DNA from: Clostridia bacterium
GTDB taxonomy: Bacteria; Bacillota; Clostridia; Oscillospirales; CAG-272
DNA length: 64,000 nucleotides
NCBI GenBank assembly: GCA_017961575.1
Contig: JAGCXA010000023.1
Span: 19,056-83,055 of the forward strand
Direction: 5' to 3'
Below the pieces are notes generated by a model that was given only the letters and a program-made list of their open reading frames with translations, did no database searches and was not told where the DNA came from. Shown here in pieces: positions 47,508-56,390 of the stretch; the stretch's first letter is position 1; every line of letters starts with the position of its first letter. Made by a program: the position numbers and the translations under genes.

Positions 47508-48824
47508 GTGAATCTAAAAGTATTGAAGTTCGGCGGTAGTTCGCTTGCCGACGCAAATCAATTCAAGAAAGTGGCGGAGATCGTCCACGCCGATCCGGCG
47601 CGGCGCTACGTCGTGCCGTCCGCGCCCGGAAAACGGTTTAAGGACGACGAAAAGGTCACGGATCTTCTCTATACCTGTTTTGATCTTGCGCTCGCCGATA
47701 AGGATATTTCCGAGACGTTTGCGAAGATCGAGGATCGCTACCGTTCGATCATCCGCGATCTCGGGCTTGACTATTCGCTCGATAAAGAGTTTGAGACCAT
47801 CCGCACGGCGATCCTGCACTGCGCGGGGCGCGACTACGTTGCGAGCCGTGGGGAATACCTGAACGGTCTGATCCTTGCCGAGTACCTCGGCTACGACTTC
47901 ATCGACCCGCAGCGTTACATCTTCTTCCGCGACAACGGCGCGTTTGATTCCGAGAAGACGAACATCATCCTCTCGGCGATCTTAAAACAGCACGAGCGCG
48001 CGGTCATTCCGGGCTTCTACGGCTCGATGCCGAACGGAACCATCAAGACCTTCTCGCGCGGCGGCTCGGACATTACCGGTTCGATCGTGGCGCGCGCGGC
48101 GAACGCCGACGTCTACGAGAACTGGACCGACGTTTCCGGGTTCTTGATGGCGGATCCGCGCCTGGTCGAGAATCCGAAGATCATCGAGACCATCACCTAC
48201 AAGGAACTGCGCGAACTTTCCTACATGGGTGCGACGGTGCTGCACGAGGAAGCGATCTTCCCGGTGCGGTACGCCGGAATTCCGATCAATATCCGGAACA
48301 CCAACAAGCCCGAAGAGAAGGGAACGCTGATCGTTTCCTCCGCGCCCGACGTCCTCTCCGACTACGTCATCACCGGGATCGCCGGCAAGTGCGGTTTCTC
48401 GGTCATCTCGATCGAGAAGGATATGATGAACTCCGAGATCGGCTTCGGTCGGCGCGTACTTGAAGCGATCGAGAAATGCGACATCTGCTTCGAGCACCTT
48501 CCTTCCGGCATCGACACGATGTCGGTCGTCGTCAACTCGAACGACATCGTCGGCAAGCGCGACTTCCTTCTGACCGAGATCTGCCGCCTGACCGAGCCGG
48601 ATATGATCGAGATCGAGGATCATCTCGCCCTGATCGCCGTCGTCGGCCGCTCGATGGTCAAGGCGAAGGGAACCGCCGCCCGGATCTTTTCGGCGCTCTC
48701 CGCCGCAGGCGTGAACATCAGGATGATCGACCAGGGATCGAGCGAGCTCAACATCATCATCGGCGTGGACGAAGCCGACTACGTGACCGCGCTCAAAACC
48801 ATCTACGGCGAGTTCGTCAAATAA
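47508..48824 (+). CDS. lysC: Aspartate kinase
   Basis: VLKFGGSSLA kinase motif and C-terminal ACT domains. GTG 47508 follows a GAGGGAAG RBS; the track starts at TTG 47466. Confidence 0.9.
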   Translation: MNLKVLKFGGSSLADANQFKKVAEIVHADPARRYVVPSAPGKRFKDDEKVTDLLYTCFDLALADKDISETFAKIEDRYRSIIRDLGLDYSLDKEFETIRTAILHCAGRDYVASRGEYLNGLILAEYLGYDFIDPQRYIFFRDNGAFDSEKTNIILSAILKQHERAVIPGFYGSMPNGTIKTFSRGGSDITGSIVARAANADVYENWTDVSGFLMADPRLVENPKIIETITYKELRELSYMGATVLHEEAIFPVRYAGIPINIRNTNKPEEKGTLIVSSAPDVLSDYVITGIAGKCGFSVISIEKDMMNSEIGFGRRVLEAIEKCDICFEHLPSGIDTMSVVVNSNDIVGKRDFLLTEICRLTEPDMIEIEDHLALIAVVGRSMVKAKGTAARIFSALSAAGVNIRMIDQGSSELNIIIGVDEADYVTALKTIYGEFVK

Positions 48825-48836
48825 TCCGAAAAAAAG

Positions 48837-48869
48837 AAATCCCCGGAACGATTCGTTCCGGGGATTTTT
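48837..48869. terminator. Bidirectional terminator between lysC and rplA
   Basis: AAATCCCCGGAACG / CGTTCCGGGGATTT 14-bp stem flanked by A-run and T-run. Confidence 0.85.
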
Positions 48870-48877
48870 CGTTTGGA

Positions 48878-49564
48878 TCAGAATTTCAGGTAGTTGACCT
48901 TCACGCCGGGGCCCATCGTCGAGGCGACGACGCAGCTCTTGACGTACTGACCCTTCGCGGAAGCGGGCTTCGCCTTCATAACGGCTCCGACGAGCGCGTT
49001 GAAGTTCTCAAGCAGTTTCTCGCTGCCGAAGGACGCTTTGCCGATGGGGCAGTGAATGATGTTGGTCTTGTCGAGACGGTACTCGATCTTACCGGCTTTC
49101 GACTCCTTGACGGCGCGAGCGACGTCGGGAGTAACGGTGCCCGCCTTCGGGTTCGGCATCAGTCCCTTAGGACCGAGAACTTTACCGAGACGTCCGATGA
49201 CGCCCATCATATCGGGGGAGGCGATCACGACGTCGAAGTCGAACCAGCCGCCCTGAATCTTCGTGACGTACTCTTCCGCGCCGACGTAATCGGCGCCGGC
49301 TTCGGCGGCGGCGGTCGCCTTGTCGCCCTTCGCAAAGACGAGGGTGCGAACGGTTTTACCGGTTCCGTTCGGAAGAACGATGGCGCCTCTGACCTGCTGA
49401 TCGGCGTGGCGCGAGTCAACGCCGAGACGCATATGGATCTCGATCGTCTCGTCAAACTTCGCTTTCGCGGTCTGGCAAACGATGTTGAGCGCCTCGTTGG
49501 CGTCGTAGAGTTTGGTCTTTTCGATCAGTTTCGAGCTTTCCGCGTATTTCTTACCCATTTTCAT
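48878..49564 (-). CDS. rplA: 50S ribosomal protein L1
   Basis: 228 aa. MGKKY...[14 protein letters not shown], classic L1. Confidence 0.97.
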   Translation of the reverse strand: MKMGKKYAESSKLIEKTKLYDANEALNIVCQTAKAKFDETIEIHMRLGVDSRHADQQVRGAIVLPNGTGKTVRTLVFAKGDKATAAAEAGADYVGAEEYVTKIQGGWFDFDVVIASPDMMGVIGRLGKVLGPKGLMPNPKAGTVTPDVARAVKESKAGKIEYRLDKTNIIHCPIGKASFGSEKLLENFNALVGAVMKAKPASAKGQYVKSCVVASTMGPGVKVNYLKF

Positions 49565-49582
49565 TTCATCATTCCTCCTCGG

Positions 49583-50014
49583 TTAGTCGTCCGATACGGT
49601 GATGCCCATGCTGCGGGCGGTACCGGCGATCATGCTCATGGCTGCCTCAAGAGACGCGGCGTTCAGATCGGGCATCTTCTGCTCGGCGATCTTCTTCACC
49701 TGCTCTTTGGTGATGGAGGCGACCTTGACCTTGTTCGGGGTGGCGGACGCGGTCTCGATTCCGCACGCCTTCTTGATCAGAACCGGCGCGGGAGGAGTCT
49801 TGGTGATGAAAGAGAAGGTACGGTCGGCGTAAACGGTGATGACGACGGGGATGATCAGCCCCATATCGTTCTTGGTTCTCTCGTTGAACTCCTTGGTGAA
49901 GTTCGGGATCGAGACGCCGTACTGACCGAGAGCGGGACCTACCGGGGGAGCGGGAGTCGCCTTGCCGGCAGGAAGCTGCAGTTTGATATAACCGGAAATC
50001 TTTTTGGTTGCCAT
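49583..50014 (-). CDS. rplK: 50S ribosomal protein L11
   Basis: 143 aa. [21 protein letters not shown] signature. Confidence 0.97.
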   Translation of the reverse strand: MATKKISGYIKLQLPAGKATPAPPVGPALGQYGVSIPNFTKEFNERTKNDMGLIIPVVITVYADRTFSFITKTPPAPVLIKKACGIETASATPNKVKVASITKEQVKKIAEQKMPDLNAASLEAAMSMIAGTARSMGITVSDD

Positions 50015-50091
50015 AATGCGTTATCCTCCAAATGTGGTACTTTGCGGGAAACATAGATAGATTTGTTTCCCTCCCACGGGATGCGGAAGAA

Positions 50092-50640
50092 TCAGTCCTC
50101 TTCCGCGCGACGGATATCTTTCAGGTCGACGATGACCTGAATATCGCGGGTTTCGGTAGAAACAAGGACGGTCGCCTGATCGTTTTCGGCGTCGATCTCC
50201 TGCAACGTACCGCCGAATCCCTCGAAAATACCCGAAACGAGTTTGACCTTGTCGCCCGACTCGAACGCCGGTTTCTCGGTCTTGGTCTCGACCTTGAAGG
50301 AGCGGACTTCCGCGTCGGTCAAGGGGGTGGGTTTCGACCCGGGTCCGACGAAGCCGGTGACCCCGGTGATGTTCCGAACGACGTGCCAGGTGGCGTCGGT
50401 CATAATCATCTTGACGAAAACGTAGCAGGGGAATACCTTGGATTCGACTTCCTTCTGTTCACCTTTTTCATTGGTGGTGACGGTGATCTCGATGGGGAGT
50501 ACCACCTCGAAGATCATATCGCCGAGTCCGCGGTTCTCTACGATCTTTTCAATGTTGGCTTTGACCTTGTTTTCGTAGCCGGAGTACGTATGAACTACGT
50601 ACCATCTGGGACCTTGATTCATTTCATTGATATCGCTCAT
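50092..50640 (-). CDS. nusG: Transcription termination/antitermination factor NusG
   Basis: 182 aa. WYVVHTYSGYENKV NGN domain and C-terminal KOW (GDKVKLVSGIFEGFGG). Confidence 0.95.
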   Translation of the reverse strand: MSDINEMNQGPRWYVVHTYSGYENKVKANIEKIVENRGLGDMIFEVVLPIEITVTTNEKGEQKEVESKVFPCYVFVKMIMTDATWHVVRNITGVTGFVGPGSKPTPLTDAEVRSFKVETKTEKPAFESGDKVKLVSGIFEGFGGTLQEIDAENDQATVLVSTETRDIQVIVDLKDIRRAEED

Positions 50641-50658
50641 TTTCGATCAAAGCGGGCG

Positions 50659-50958
50659 TCAACCGACGAGCCCGGCGATCCCTCCGAGAATCTCGGAGCA
50701 GACGAAATCGACGATACCGATGACGACGCCGAGCACAACCACGGAGACCAGAACGAGAACGGTGTTCTTCTTGACGTCCTTCCAGGGCATCCAGACGACC
50801 TTCTTCATCTCGCTCTTGTAGTCGCTCCACAGTTTCTTCAACCGGCGTCCGATCCGAACGAAGAGGTTGGGCTTTTTCGCCGTTTCCTTCTTCTTGGGAG
50901 CGGGTGTTTTGCTCTGCTCTTCTTCGAGCGGGGCGTTCATTTCTTCATTCTCAGCCAT
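50659..50958 (-). CDS. secE: Preprotein translocase subunit SecE
   Basis: 99 aa. Basic N-terminus, EMKKVVWMPWKDV motif, single C-terminal TM. Sits between rpmG and nusG. Confidence 0.85.
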   Translation of the reverse strand: MAENEEMNAPLEEEQSKTPAPKKKETAKKPNLFVRIGRRLKKLWSDYKSEMKKVVWMPWKDVKKNTVLVLVSVVVLGVVIGIVDFVCSEILGGIAGLVG

Positions 50959-50970
50959 TGCTCGCTCTCC

Positions 50971-51120
50971 TTACTTCGTTTCCTTGTGCAAAGTGTGCTT
51001 GCGGCAGAACCGGCAGTACTTCTTTGTTTCAAGGCGATCGGGATCGTTCTTCTTGTTTTTCTTCGTGTCATAATTGCGTTGCTTGCATTCGGAGCAGGCA
51101 AGGGTAATTTTGACTCTCAT
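50971..51120 (-). CDS. rpmG: 50S ribosomal protein L33
   Basis: Not in the track (49 aa). My translation: [59 protein letters not shown] 5 nt upstream. Confidence 0.9.
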   Translation of the reverse strand: MRVKITLACSECKQRNYDTKKNKKNDPDRLETKKYCRFCRKHTLHKETK

Positions 51121-51207
51121 AACGGCACCTCCTATCAGATTTGGGTTTCCCCAGAATACCTCCCTCAGTTAACGAGGCGGCGCGTCCCGGTCCCAGTCGG
51201 GGCACAC

Positions 51208-51233
51208 AAAAAAAGCACCTCATCAAAGAGGTG
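51208..51233 (-). terminator. Hairpin + U7 immediately downstream of the rpmG promoter -10 box
   Basis: Minus strand CACCUC-UUUGAU-GAGGUG, then C + U7. The 5' arm starts 6 nt after TAGAAT. Confidence 0.45.
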
Positions 51234-51238
51234 ATAAC

Positions 51239-51267
51239 ATTCTACCACTTGTCGGGCGATCTGTCAA
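51239..51267 (-). promoter_or_regulatory. Sigma-70-type promoter for rpmG-secE-nusG
   Basis: Minus strand TTGACA - 17 nt - TAGAAT, with a TGG extended -10. Confidence 0.6.
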
Positions 51268-51372
51268 GAGTTTTTTTCAAAATAATATAATATATATCCG
51301 GTTTTTTCCGGACTGCCTCGGACGGTTGGAGCCGGGCAGCCCGGTAAAACGTGCGAACGGGGAGCCGTCCCG

Positions 51373-52524
51373 TCAGCGAATCACCTTCAACGCGTTCTGA
51401 TCCGAGACGCGAACGAAAGCGATATAAGTCGTGCCGCGATTGACGCACAGACGGTTGCCGTCGGCGTCGAGCAGCGAAAAAACGCCGTTCTCCATCGTCC
51501 AGAGCACGTCGCGCGCGGTCCCGTCGGTGATGAGTTTGCCCTTGCCGCCCCGAAGCAGAAGCGAAAACTCGCTTCCGCTCTCGCTTTCATAGGTCGCGCA
51601 GTCGGAGGAGAGGACGATCAGGTTTGTAAAAGAAAGCGAAGATCCGTCGATCCCGTCGACCGTTTTCTCACCGAGCTGCGAGCGGACGTAAACGCCCGTC
51701 TCGCTGTGATAGGAAAACGCGGCGTTCTGCGTCGCGGAGAACGAGATCGAGATCTCGGACGCCGGCTCGTTTCCCGCGGGGATCCGCTCGCCCGCGGCGG
51801 GGAAGGAATAGGGCGCAGTATATCCCTCGCCGATGGTCGTGCGGTAACCGAGTTTACCGATCTCGGACGAGATCAGAGAGCCCGTGGTCATCAGGTTGTG
51901 CGGCATGATCCGCGAGGTATCGCGGTAGCAGAGCGAACCGAGATTTTGCGTCAGGTAGTCGAGCGTATCGCGCCCCTCGAAGAGGACAGACGCCGAAACG
52001 TCGCTCGTCCCGGCGTAGACCTCGATCGCGTCGAACGCCGCGACGACGTCGGATACGTATTTTCTTGTCGAACGAATCCCGCCGATTTTTTCAAGCGAGG
52101 CGTAAGAGGTCGTTACCATCACGAGTCGGGTCGCCCCGTTTTCGATCGGAAATTCGAGCAGGACGTCGGTTTTTCCGATCCCGAACTGCGGGAGCGCGTA
52201 GGACGTATTGCCGAAAGAGACGGCGACAGGTCTTGAAACCGACGCGCTTTCCGTCGTTTCAAGACCTGTCAGAGGATAATAGAATCGGGGACTTTCGGGG
52301 ATCGGATCGGGTTCCGTTTGCGCGGGCGGCTCGTTCTCGGTTTCTTTTGTCTCGGTCGCGTCAGGGGCGATCCGCTCTTGATTGTCTATCGGCGTCTGCT
52401 TGTTTCTGACGGGGATCAGCGACGCCGCCTCGCACCCTGCGAACGAAGCAATGACGAGAAGCGCCAAGAGAAATGCGAAGATCGAGAGTCCGGCAAGAGA
52501 ATTGCCTTTTTTGAACACTTTCAT
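51373..52524 (-). CDS. DUF3048-family lipoprotein (YerB-like)
   Basis: 383 aa. Lipobox FAGC. PVAVSFGN..LPQFGIGKTDVLLEFPIENGATRLVMV resembles the DUF3048 core. Confidence 0.7.
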   Translation of the reverse strand: MKVFKKGNSLAGLSIFAFLLALLVIASFAGCEAASLIPVRNKQTPIDNQERIAPDATETKETENEPPAQTEPDPIPESPRFYYPLTGLETTESASVSRPVAVSFGNTSYALPQFGIGKTDVLLEFPIENGATRLVMVTTSYASLEKIGGIRSTRKYVSDVVAAFDAIEVYAGTSDVSASVLFEGRDTLDYLTQNLGSLCYRDTSRIMPHNLMTTGSLISSEIGKLGYRTTIGEGYTAPYSFPAAGERIPAGNEPASEISISFSATQNAAFSYHSETGVYVRSQLGEKTVDGIDGSSLSFTNLIVLSSDCATYESESGSEFSLLLRGGKGKLITDGTARDVLWTMENGVFSLLDADGNRLCVNRGTTYIAFVRVSDQNALKVIR

Positions 52525-52551
52525 TTTTTACCTCCTTGTGTTCCGGGAAAA

Positions 52552-52845
52552 TCAGGATACGAGCATTTTTTCGAGCCAGACGCACCCGAGATCAAACGCC
52601 TCGTAAAGTCCGTTGGTAACCAACTTCTGCTTGACGGGTTTTCCGTCCTTGGAGCAGACCTGCACGAGGATCTGATCGGGAACCTCGACCGTCGTATCGC
52701 CGATCTTCGCGCTCTTTTGCGTCATGATCATCATGGAGAGATAGTACTCGTCCGAGAGATCGCCGTAGAAGAGATCGTTCCCTTTACGGACAAGGGGTTT
52801 TCCTTTGTAGGTCAGGTAACTTCCGTCGATATTGACCGCTTTCAC
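52552..52845 (-). CDS. Hypothetical protein
   Basis: Coding-like ORF of about 97 aa with its own promoter. GTG 52845 is 9 nt after AGGAG and preferred over ATG 52854, which abuts the RBS. Confidence 0.5.
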   Translation of the reverse strand: MKAVNIDGSYLTYKGKPLVRKGNDLFYGDLSDEYYLSMMIMTQKSAKIGDTTVEVPDQILVQVCSKDGKPVKQKLVTNGLYEAFDLGCVWLEKMLVS

Positions 52846-52904
52846 TTGTAACATCTCCTTTCTTCAATATTCGTCCGGCATCCGGTTCTTGCTCGTTCCC
52901 CCAC

Positions 52905-52933
52905 ATCTTACCCGAGGAATCGGGCTCTGTCAA
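52905..52933 (-). promoter_or_regulatory. Sigma-70-type promoter for the ~97-aa ORF
   Basis: Minus strand TTGACA - 17 nt - TAAGAT. Confidence 0.45.
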
Positions 52934-52992
52934 GTCAATCGACAAAAACAGAACCGCCCGATTCGTTCGGGTTTTTTCGCCATCCGACGGCG

Positions 52993-54225
52993 TTAGTCAC
53001 GCGAACCCTGAATGTGACAGGGAGAGCCGCGATACGCGTCGGACGCCGGACGGGAGGAGGGGGTGCAAAGACCGAAGAGCCGGTCGGCGGAGAGAGAGAA
53101 CTCCGCCTGCTTCCTCGCGTCGCCAGGTAAGGCGACCCAATCCGCCGTTTTCGTCAGGATGGGGAGCGAGGATCGTTGCTTGACCGTCCGCAGCAGCTTT
53201 CGTCCTTTGTCGGAAAAACCGAAGATCCGACTGTAAAGCGGTCTTTCGCTTGGACCGGGGGAGGTAAAGCCCGGCCAGAGCGAAAGAATCGTGCGTCGGA
53301 TCTGCGAATCCGGAACGGAACGGCAGGAGGTGCGGGCGACCAGGTCGTCGAGGGAAACGGCGTCTTTCGCCGCGTCGAGAATACGAGCGACAAGACCGCC
53401 GTCAAGACCGATCCGATTGGAAAAAGACGAGGGATCGGCTGCTATCAGATGTGCCAGAACGGCATCGGAAAGCCGGGGGGAAATGGAGGCGGGAACGGTT
53501 TTCTCTTGCAGAGCGCCTTCCCAGAGAGAAATCGTTTCTGCCGGGATATATCTTTCAAATTCGTTAAGTTTTTGATTGAACAGAAGAGTTCGGAGAGCGG
53601 TTGCGCCGACGTATTTTTCGTCGTCGGGACGGGTGCTTTCGTATCTGCCGCCGACTCGTTTTACGGCGAAGGGCTCGATTCTTTCGCGTCGGCTTATCAA
53701 CGCTTTCAGATAGCCGACGGCAAGCAGGTCGTTCGCGCCGACCCCGTACCGGAACGCGGCGGGATCCGACTCCCGGACGATTTCCCGAATCAGTTCGGGC
53801 ATTCCGCGCCGTTTCCCGTCCTCGGTTTCCCGCATCGCTTTGAGTTTTGCGGCGGTTTTCGGGTCGGAGAGCGTCCTTGCGGCGTTTGACAGGGCGTTTA
53901 CGTCCCCGCATTCGGAGCCGAAGGCGACGGCGTCGACGACGTCGAGCGACGCGACAAGATTCACGGCGGCGCGCGAAAACGTCTCTGCGCCCGAAACCGA
54001 AAAGGGGAACGGAAGTTCGAGAATCAGATCATAGCCGGAGAGAAGTGCGGTTTTCGCCCGAAAATAGGGGTCTGCGACCGCGACGTCGCCCCTCTGGACG
54101 AAGCATCCGCTCATCACGGCGACGACGGCGCAGTCCTCTCCGAACTTCTCCCGGATTTTATCGAGAAGATACCGATGACCGTTGTGGAACGGGTTGAATT
54201 CTGCCGTTACGGCGACGGTTTTCAT
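52993..54225 (-). CDS. tmcAL: Nucleotidyltransferase of the YlbM/TmcAL family (tRNA(Met) cytidine acetate ligase)
   Basis: MKTVAVTAEFNPFHNGHRYLL from ATG 54225, with GGAGAA RBS. The track's 60-codon N-terminal extension runs into the ackA promoter and is rejected. Confidence 0.8.
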   Translation of the reverse strand: MKTVAVTAEFNPFHNGHRYLLDKIREKFGEDCAVVAVMSGCFVQRGDVAVADPYFRAKTALLSGYDLILELPFPFSVSGAETFSRAAVNLVASLDVVDAVAFGSECGDVNALSNAARTLSDPKTAAKLKAMRETEDGKRRGMPELIREIVRESDPAAFRYGVGANDLLAVGYLKALISRRERIEPFAVKRVGGRYESTRPDDEKYVGATALRTLLFNQKLNEFERYIPAETISLWEGALQEKTVPASISPRLSDAVLAHLIAADPSSFSNRIGLDGGLVARILDAAKDAVSLDDLVARTSCRSVPDSQIRRTILSLWPGFTSPGPSERPLYSRIFGFSDKGRKLLRTVKQRSSLPILTKTADWVALPGDARKQAEFSLSADRLFGLCTPSSRPASDAYRGSPCHIQGSRD

Positions 54226-54286
54226 CTCGGTTCTCCTTCGTTTTGATTGCGTCGCGGGACTTTTTCGGGGATTTTTCCGCGAACAC

Positions 54287-54315
54287 TTGAAAAATGTAAA
54301 AAGATAGTTTATAAT
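54287..54315 (+). promoter_or_regulatory. Sigma-70-type promoter for ackA
   Basis: TTGAAA - 17 nt - TATAAT. Confidence 0.65.
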
Positions 54316-54346
54316 ATGCTTGATTTTGATTTTTCGGAGGAAACAA

Positions 54347-55561
54347 ATGAACGTACTTGTCATCAACGCCGGGAGCAGTTCGCTGAAGTACCAGCTGTTC
54401 GACACGGCGAAAAGCGAAGTCAGAGCGAAAGGGATCTGCGAACGGATCGGGATCGACGGACGGATCGTCCATAAGATCCCGGGGAAAGCGGATTACGTCA
54501 AGGACGTCGCGATGCCCAACCATTCGGAGGCGACGCGCATCCTCGTCGAAACTCTGACCGATCCCGAACTCGGCTGTCTTTCCAGCATGTCCGAGATCGA
54601 GGCGGTGGGACACCGCATCGTCCACGGAGGTCCGTATTTCTCGGAATCCGTCCTGCTCACGCAGGAGGTTTACGATACCCTTGACAAGAAGTGCCGCGAT
54701 CTCGCGCCGCTTCACACCGGGGCGCATTTGCAGGGGATCCGGGGCTGCCTTGACGTGATGCCCGATACCCCGCAGATCCTCGTATTTGATACCGCGTTCC
54801 ATCAGACGATGCCGTCCGAGGCGTTTATGTACGGAATCCCGTATAAGATGTATAAGGACTACGCCATCCGCCGCTACGGCGCGCACGGCACCTCGCACCG
54901 TTACGTCACGGGCGAAATGATCAAACTGATGGGCGGAAAAGCCGAGGGAACCAAGATCGTGACCTGCCATCTCGGCAACGGATCTTCGATCTCCGCCGTC
55001 AAGGACGGAAAGGTGATCGACACCTCGATGGGTTTCACGCCTCTTGCCGGCGTGATTATGGGGACGCGCTGCGGCGATATGGATCCCGCCGTCGTTCCGT
55101 TCATTATGAAGAAGACCGGAATGACCCCCGACGAGATGAGCGACTTTATGAACAAGCAGTGCGGGTTCCTCGGGATCTCCGAGGTTTCCTCCGACTGCCG
55201 CGACCTCGAATCCGCGATCGCGGAAGGGAACGCGCAGGCGAAACTCGCGATGGACATCCTCGGCTACCAGATCAAACGCTTCATCGGCGCGTACGCCGCC
55301 GCGATGGGCGGGCTTGACGCCATCGTGTTTACCGCCGGCATCGGCGAGAACACCGCCTCGATCCGCGAACGGGCGCTGACCGGACTCGACTTCCTCGGCG
55401 TCGATTTTGACCGTGAGGTGAACGACAAGACCTTCGGAAGATCCGGCGTGACCAAGCTTTCGACCGACAAGTCCCGCGTCAAGATCTACATGATCCCGAC
55501 CAACGAGGAACTGATGATCGCGCAGGACGCCGAGCGGATCGCGCAAAGCGTGAGAAAATAA
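54347..55561 (+). CDS. ackA: Acetate kinase
   Basis: MNVLVINAGSSSLKYQLFD from ATG 54347, 6 nt after GGAGG. Confidence 0.95.
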   Translation: MNVLVINAGSSSLKYQLFDTAKSEVRAKGICERIGIDGRIVHKIPGKADYVKDVAMPNHSEATRILVETLTDPELGCLSSMSEIEAVGHRIVHGGPYFSESVLLTQEVYDTLDKKCRDLAPLHTGAHLQGIRGCLDVMPDTPQILVFDTAFHQTMPSEAFMYGIPYKMYKDYAIRRYGAHGTSHRYVTGEMIKLMGGKAEGTKIVTCHLGNGSSISAVKDGKVIDTSMGFTPLAGVIMGTRCGDMDPAVVPFIMKKTGMTPDEMSDFMNKQCGFLGISEVSSDCRDLESAIAEGNAQAKLAMDILGYQIKRFIGAYAAAMGGLDAIVFTAGIGENTASIRERALTGLDFLGVDFDREVNDKTFGRSGVTKLSTDKSRVKIYMIPTNEELMIAQDAERIAQSVRK

Positions 55562-55568
55562 GATTTTG

Positions 55569-55599
55569 CGGGCGCCTTCGGGCGCCCGTTTCTCTTTTT
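55569..55599 (+). terminator. Intrinsic terminator after ackA
   Basis: CGGGCGCC / GGCGCCCG stem with TTCG loop, followed by TTTCTCTTTTT. Confidence 0.75.
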
Positions 55600-55721
55600 C
55601 CGCCGACCCTTTTTCAATTATATCATATCGGTTCGCCGTTTGTCAATTTGATGAGAAAAAAAGTGAGAAAAACGGGAGTTCGTGAAAAAAGGGGAGCGAA
55701 GCGTGATTATTCCGCGCTTTC

Positions 55722-55750
55722 TTGACAAAAGATAAAAACGGATGTATAAT
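55722..55750 (+). promoter_or_regulatory. Sigma-70-type promoter for the coaE operon
   Basis: TTGACA - 17 nt - TATAAT, full consensus. Confidence 0.7.
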
Positions 55751-55781
55751 TTATTGATAGAATAAAAGGTTGGGTGATGGT

Positions 55782-56390
55782 ATGCTGAAAATCGGTCTTG
55801 CAGGCGGAAGCGGAAGCGGGAAAGGGGTCGTGTCGTCCCTTTTTTCTCTATCCGGCGTCCCCGTATTCGACTGTGACGCGGTCTATCACGATATGATCTC
55901 GCGCGACGGGACACTTTCGCGCGAACTTGCCGCCGCCTTCGGGGAGACGATCCTTTCGCCAGAAGGGGGCGTCGACCGTCGCGCGCTCTTCGACGCCGCG
56001 TTCGGCGATCCCGAATCGAGAAAACGCCTGAATTCGATCTCTCATCGCCGGATCCTCACGGTTTTGCGTGAATGGATCAACCGCGCGGAGAGTCAGGGCG
56101 TTTCGGCGATCCTCGTCGACGCGCCGCTCCTCTTTGAATCGGGATTCGACCGGGAATGCGACCTGACCGTCGCCGTAACGGCGCCGACCGAAATCCGCTT
56201 GAAACGGATCGTCGAACGCGACGGGATCACACCCGAAAAGGCGCGTGAAAGGATCGCGGCGCAAATCCCCGACGATGAAATCGCCCGGCGCGCCGACTTT
56301 GTTCTTGAAAACGCGGGCGACCGTGCAGAATTCGTCAAGACAGCGATTACCGTTCTGAATCAGATCAACGAAAGAAGGTTAAAGAAATGA
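55782..56390 (+). CDS. coaE: Dephospho-CoA kinase
   Basis: MLKIGLAGGSGSGKG P-loop at the N-terminus. Confidence 0.9.
   Translation: MLKIGLAGGSGSGKGVVSSLFSLSGVPVFDCDAVYHDMISRDGTLSRELAAAFGETILSPEGGVDRRALFDAAFGDPESRKRLNSISHRRILTVLREWINRAESQGVSAILVDAPLLFESGFDRECDLTVAVTAPTEIRLKRIVERDGITPEKARERIAAQIPDDEIARRADFVLENAGDRAEFVKTAITVLNQINERRLKK

Noticed and set aside
47045-47539. 164-aa plus-strand ORF spanning the structured element, the terminator, the tRNA-Ser gene and the lysC promoter
   Set aside because: It runs through a tRNA gene on the opposite strand, a hairpin terminator and two promoters. It has no RBS, so it is an accidental open frame.
50015-50091. Possible L1-binding autoregulatory leader upstream of rplK-rplA (hairpin GGGAAACAAAUCUAUCUAUGUUUCCC preceded by GUGGGAGG)
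   Set aside because: The location fits known L11-operon regulation. However, I cannot recall or verify a consensus well enough to call it from sequence alone; a covariance-model search would be needed.
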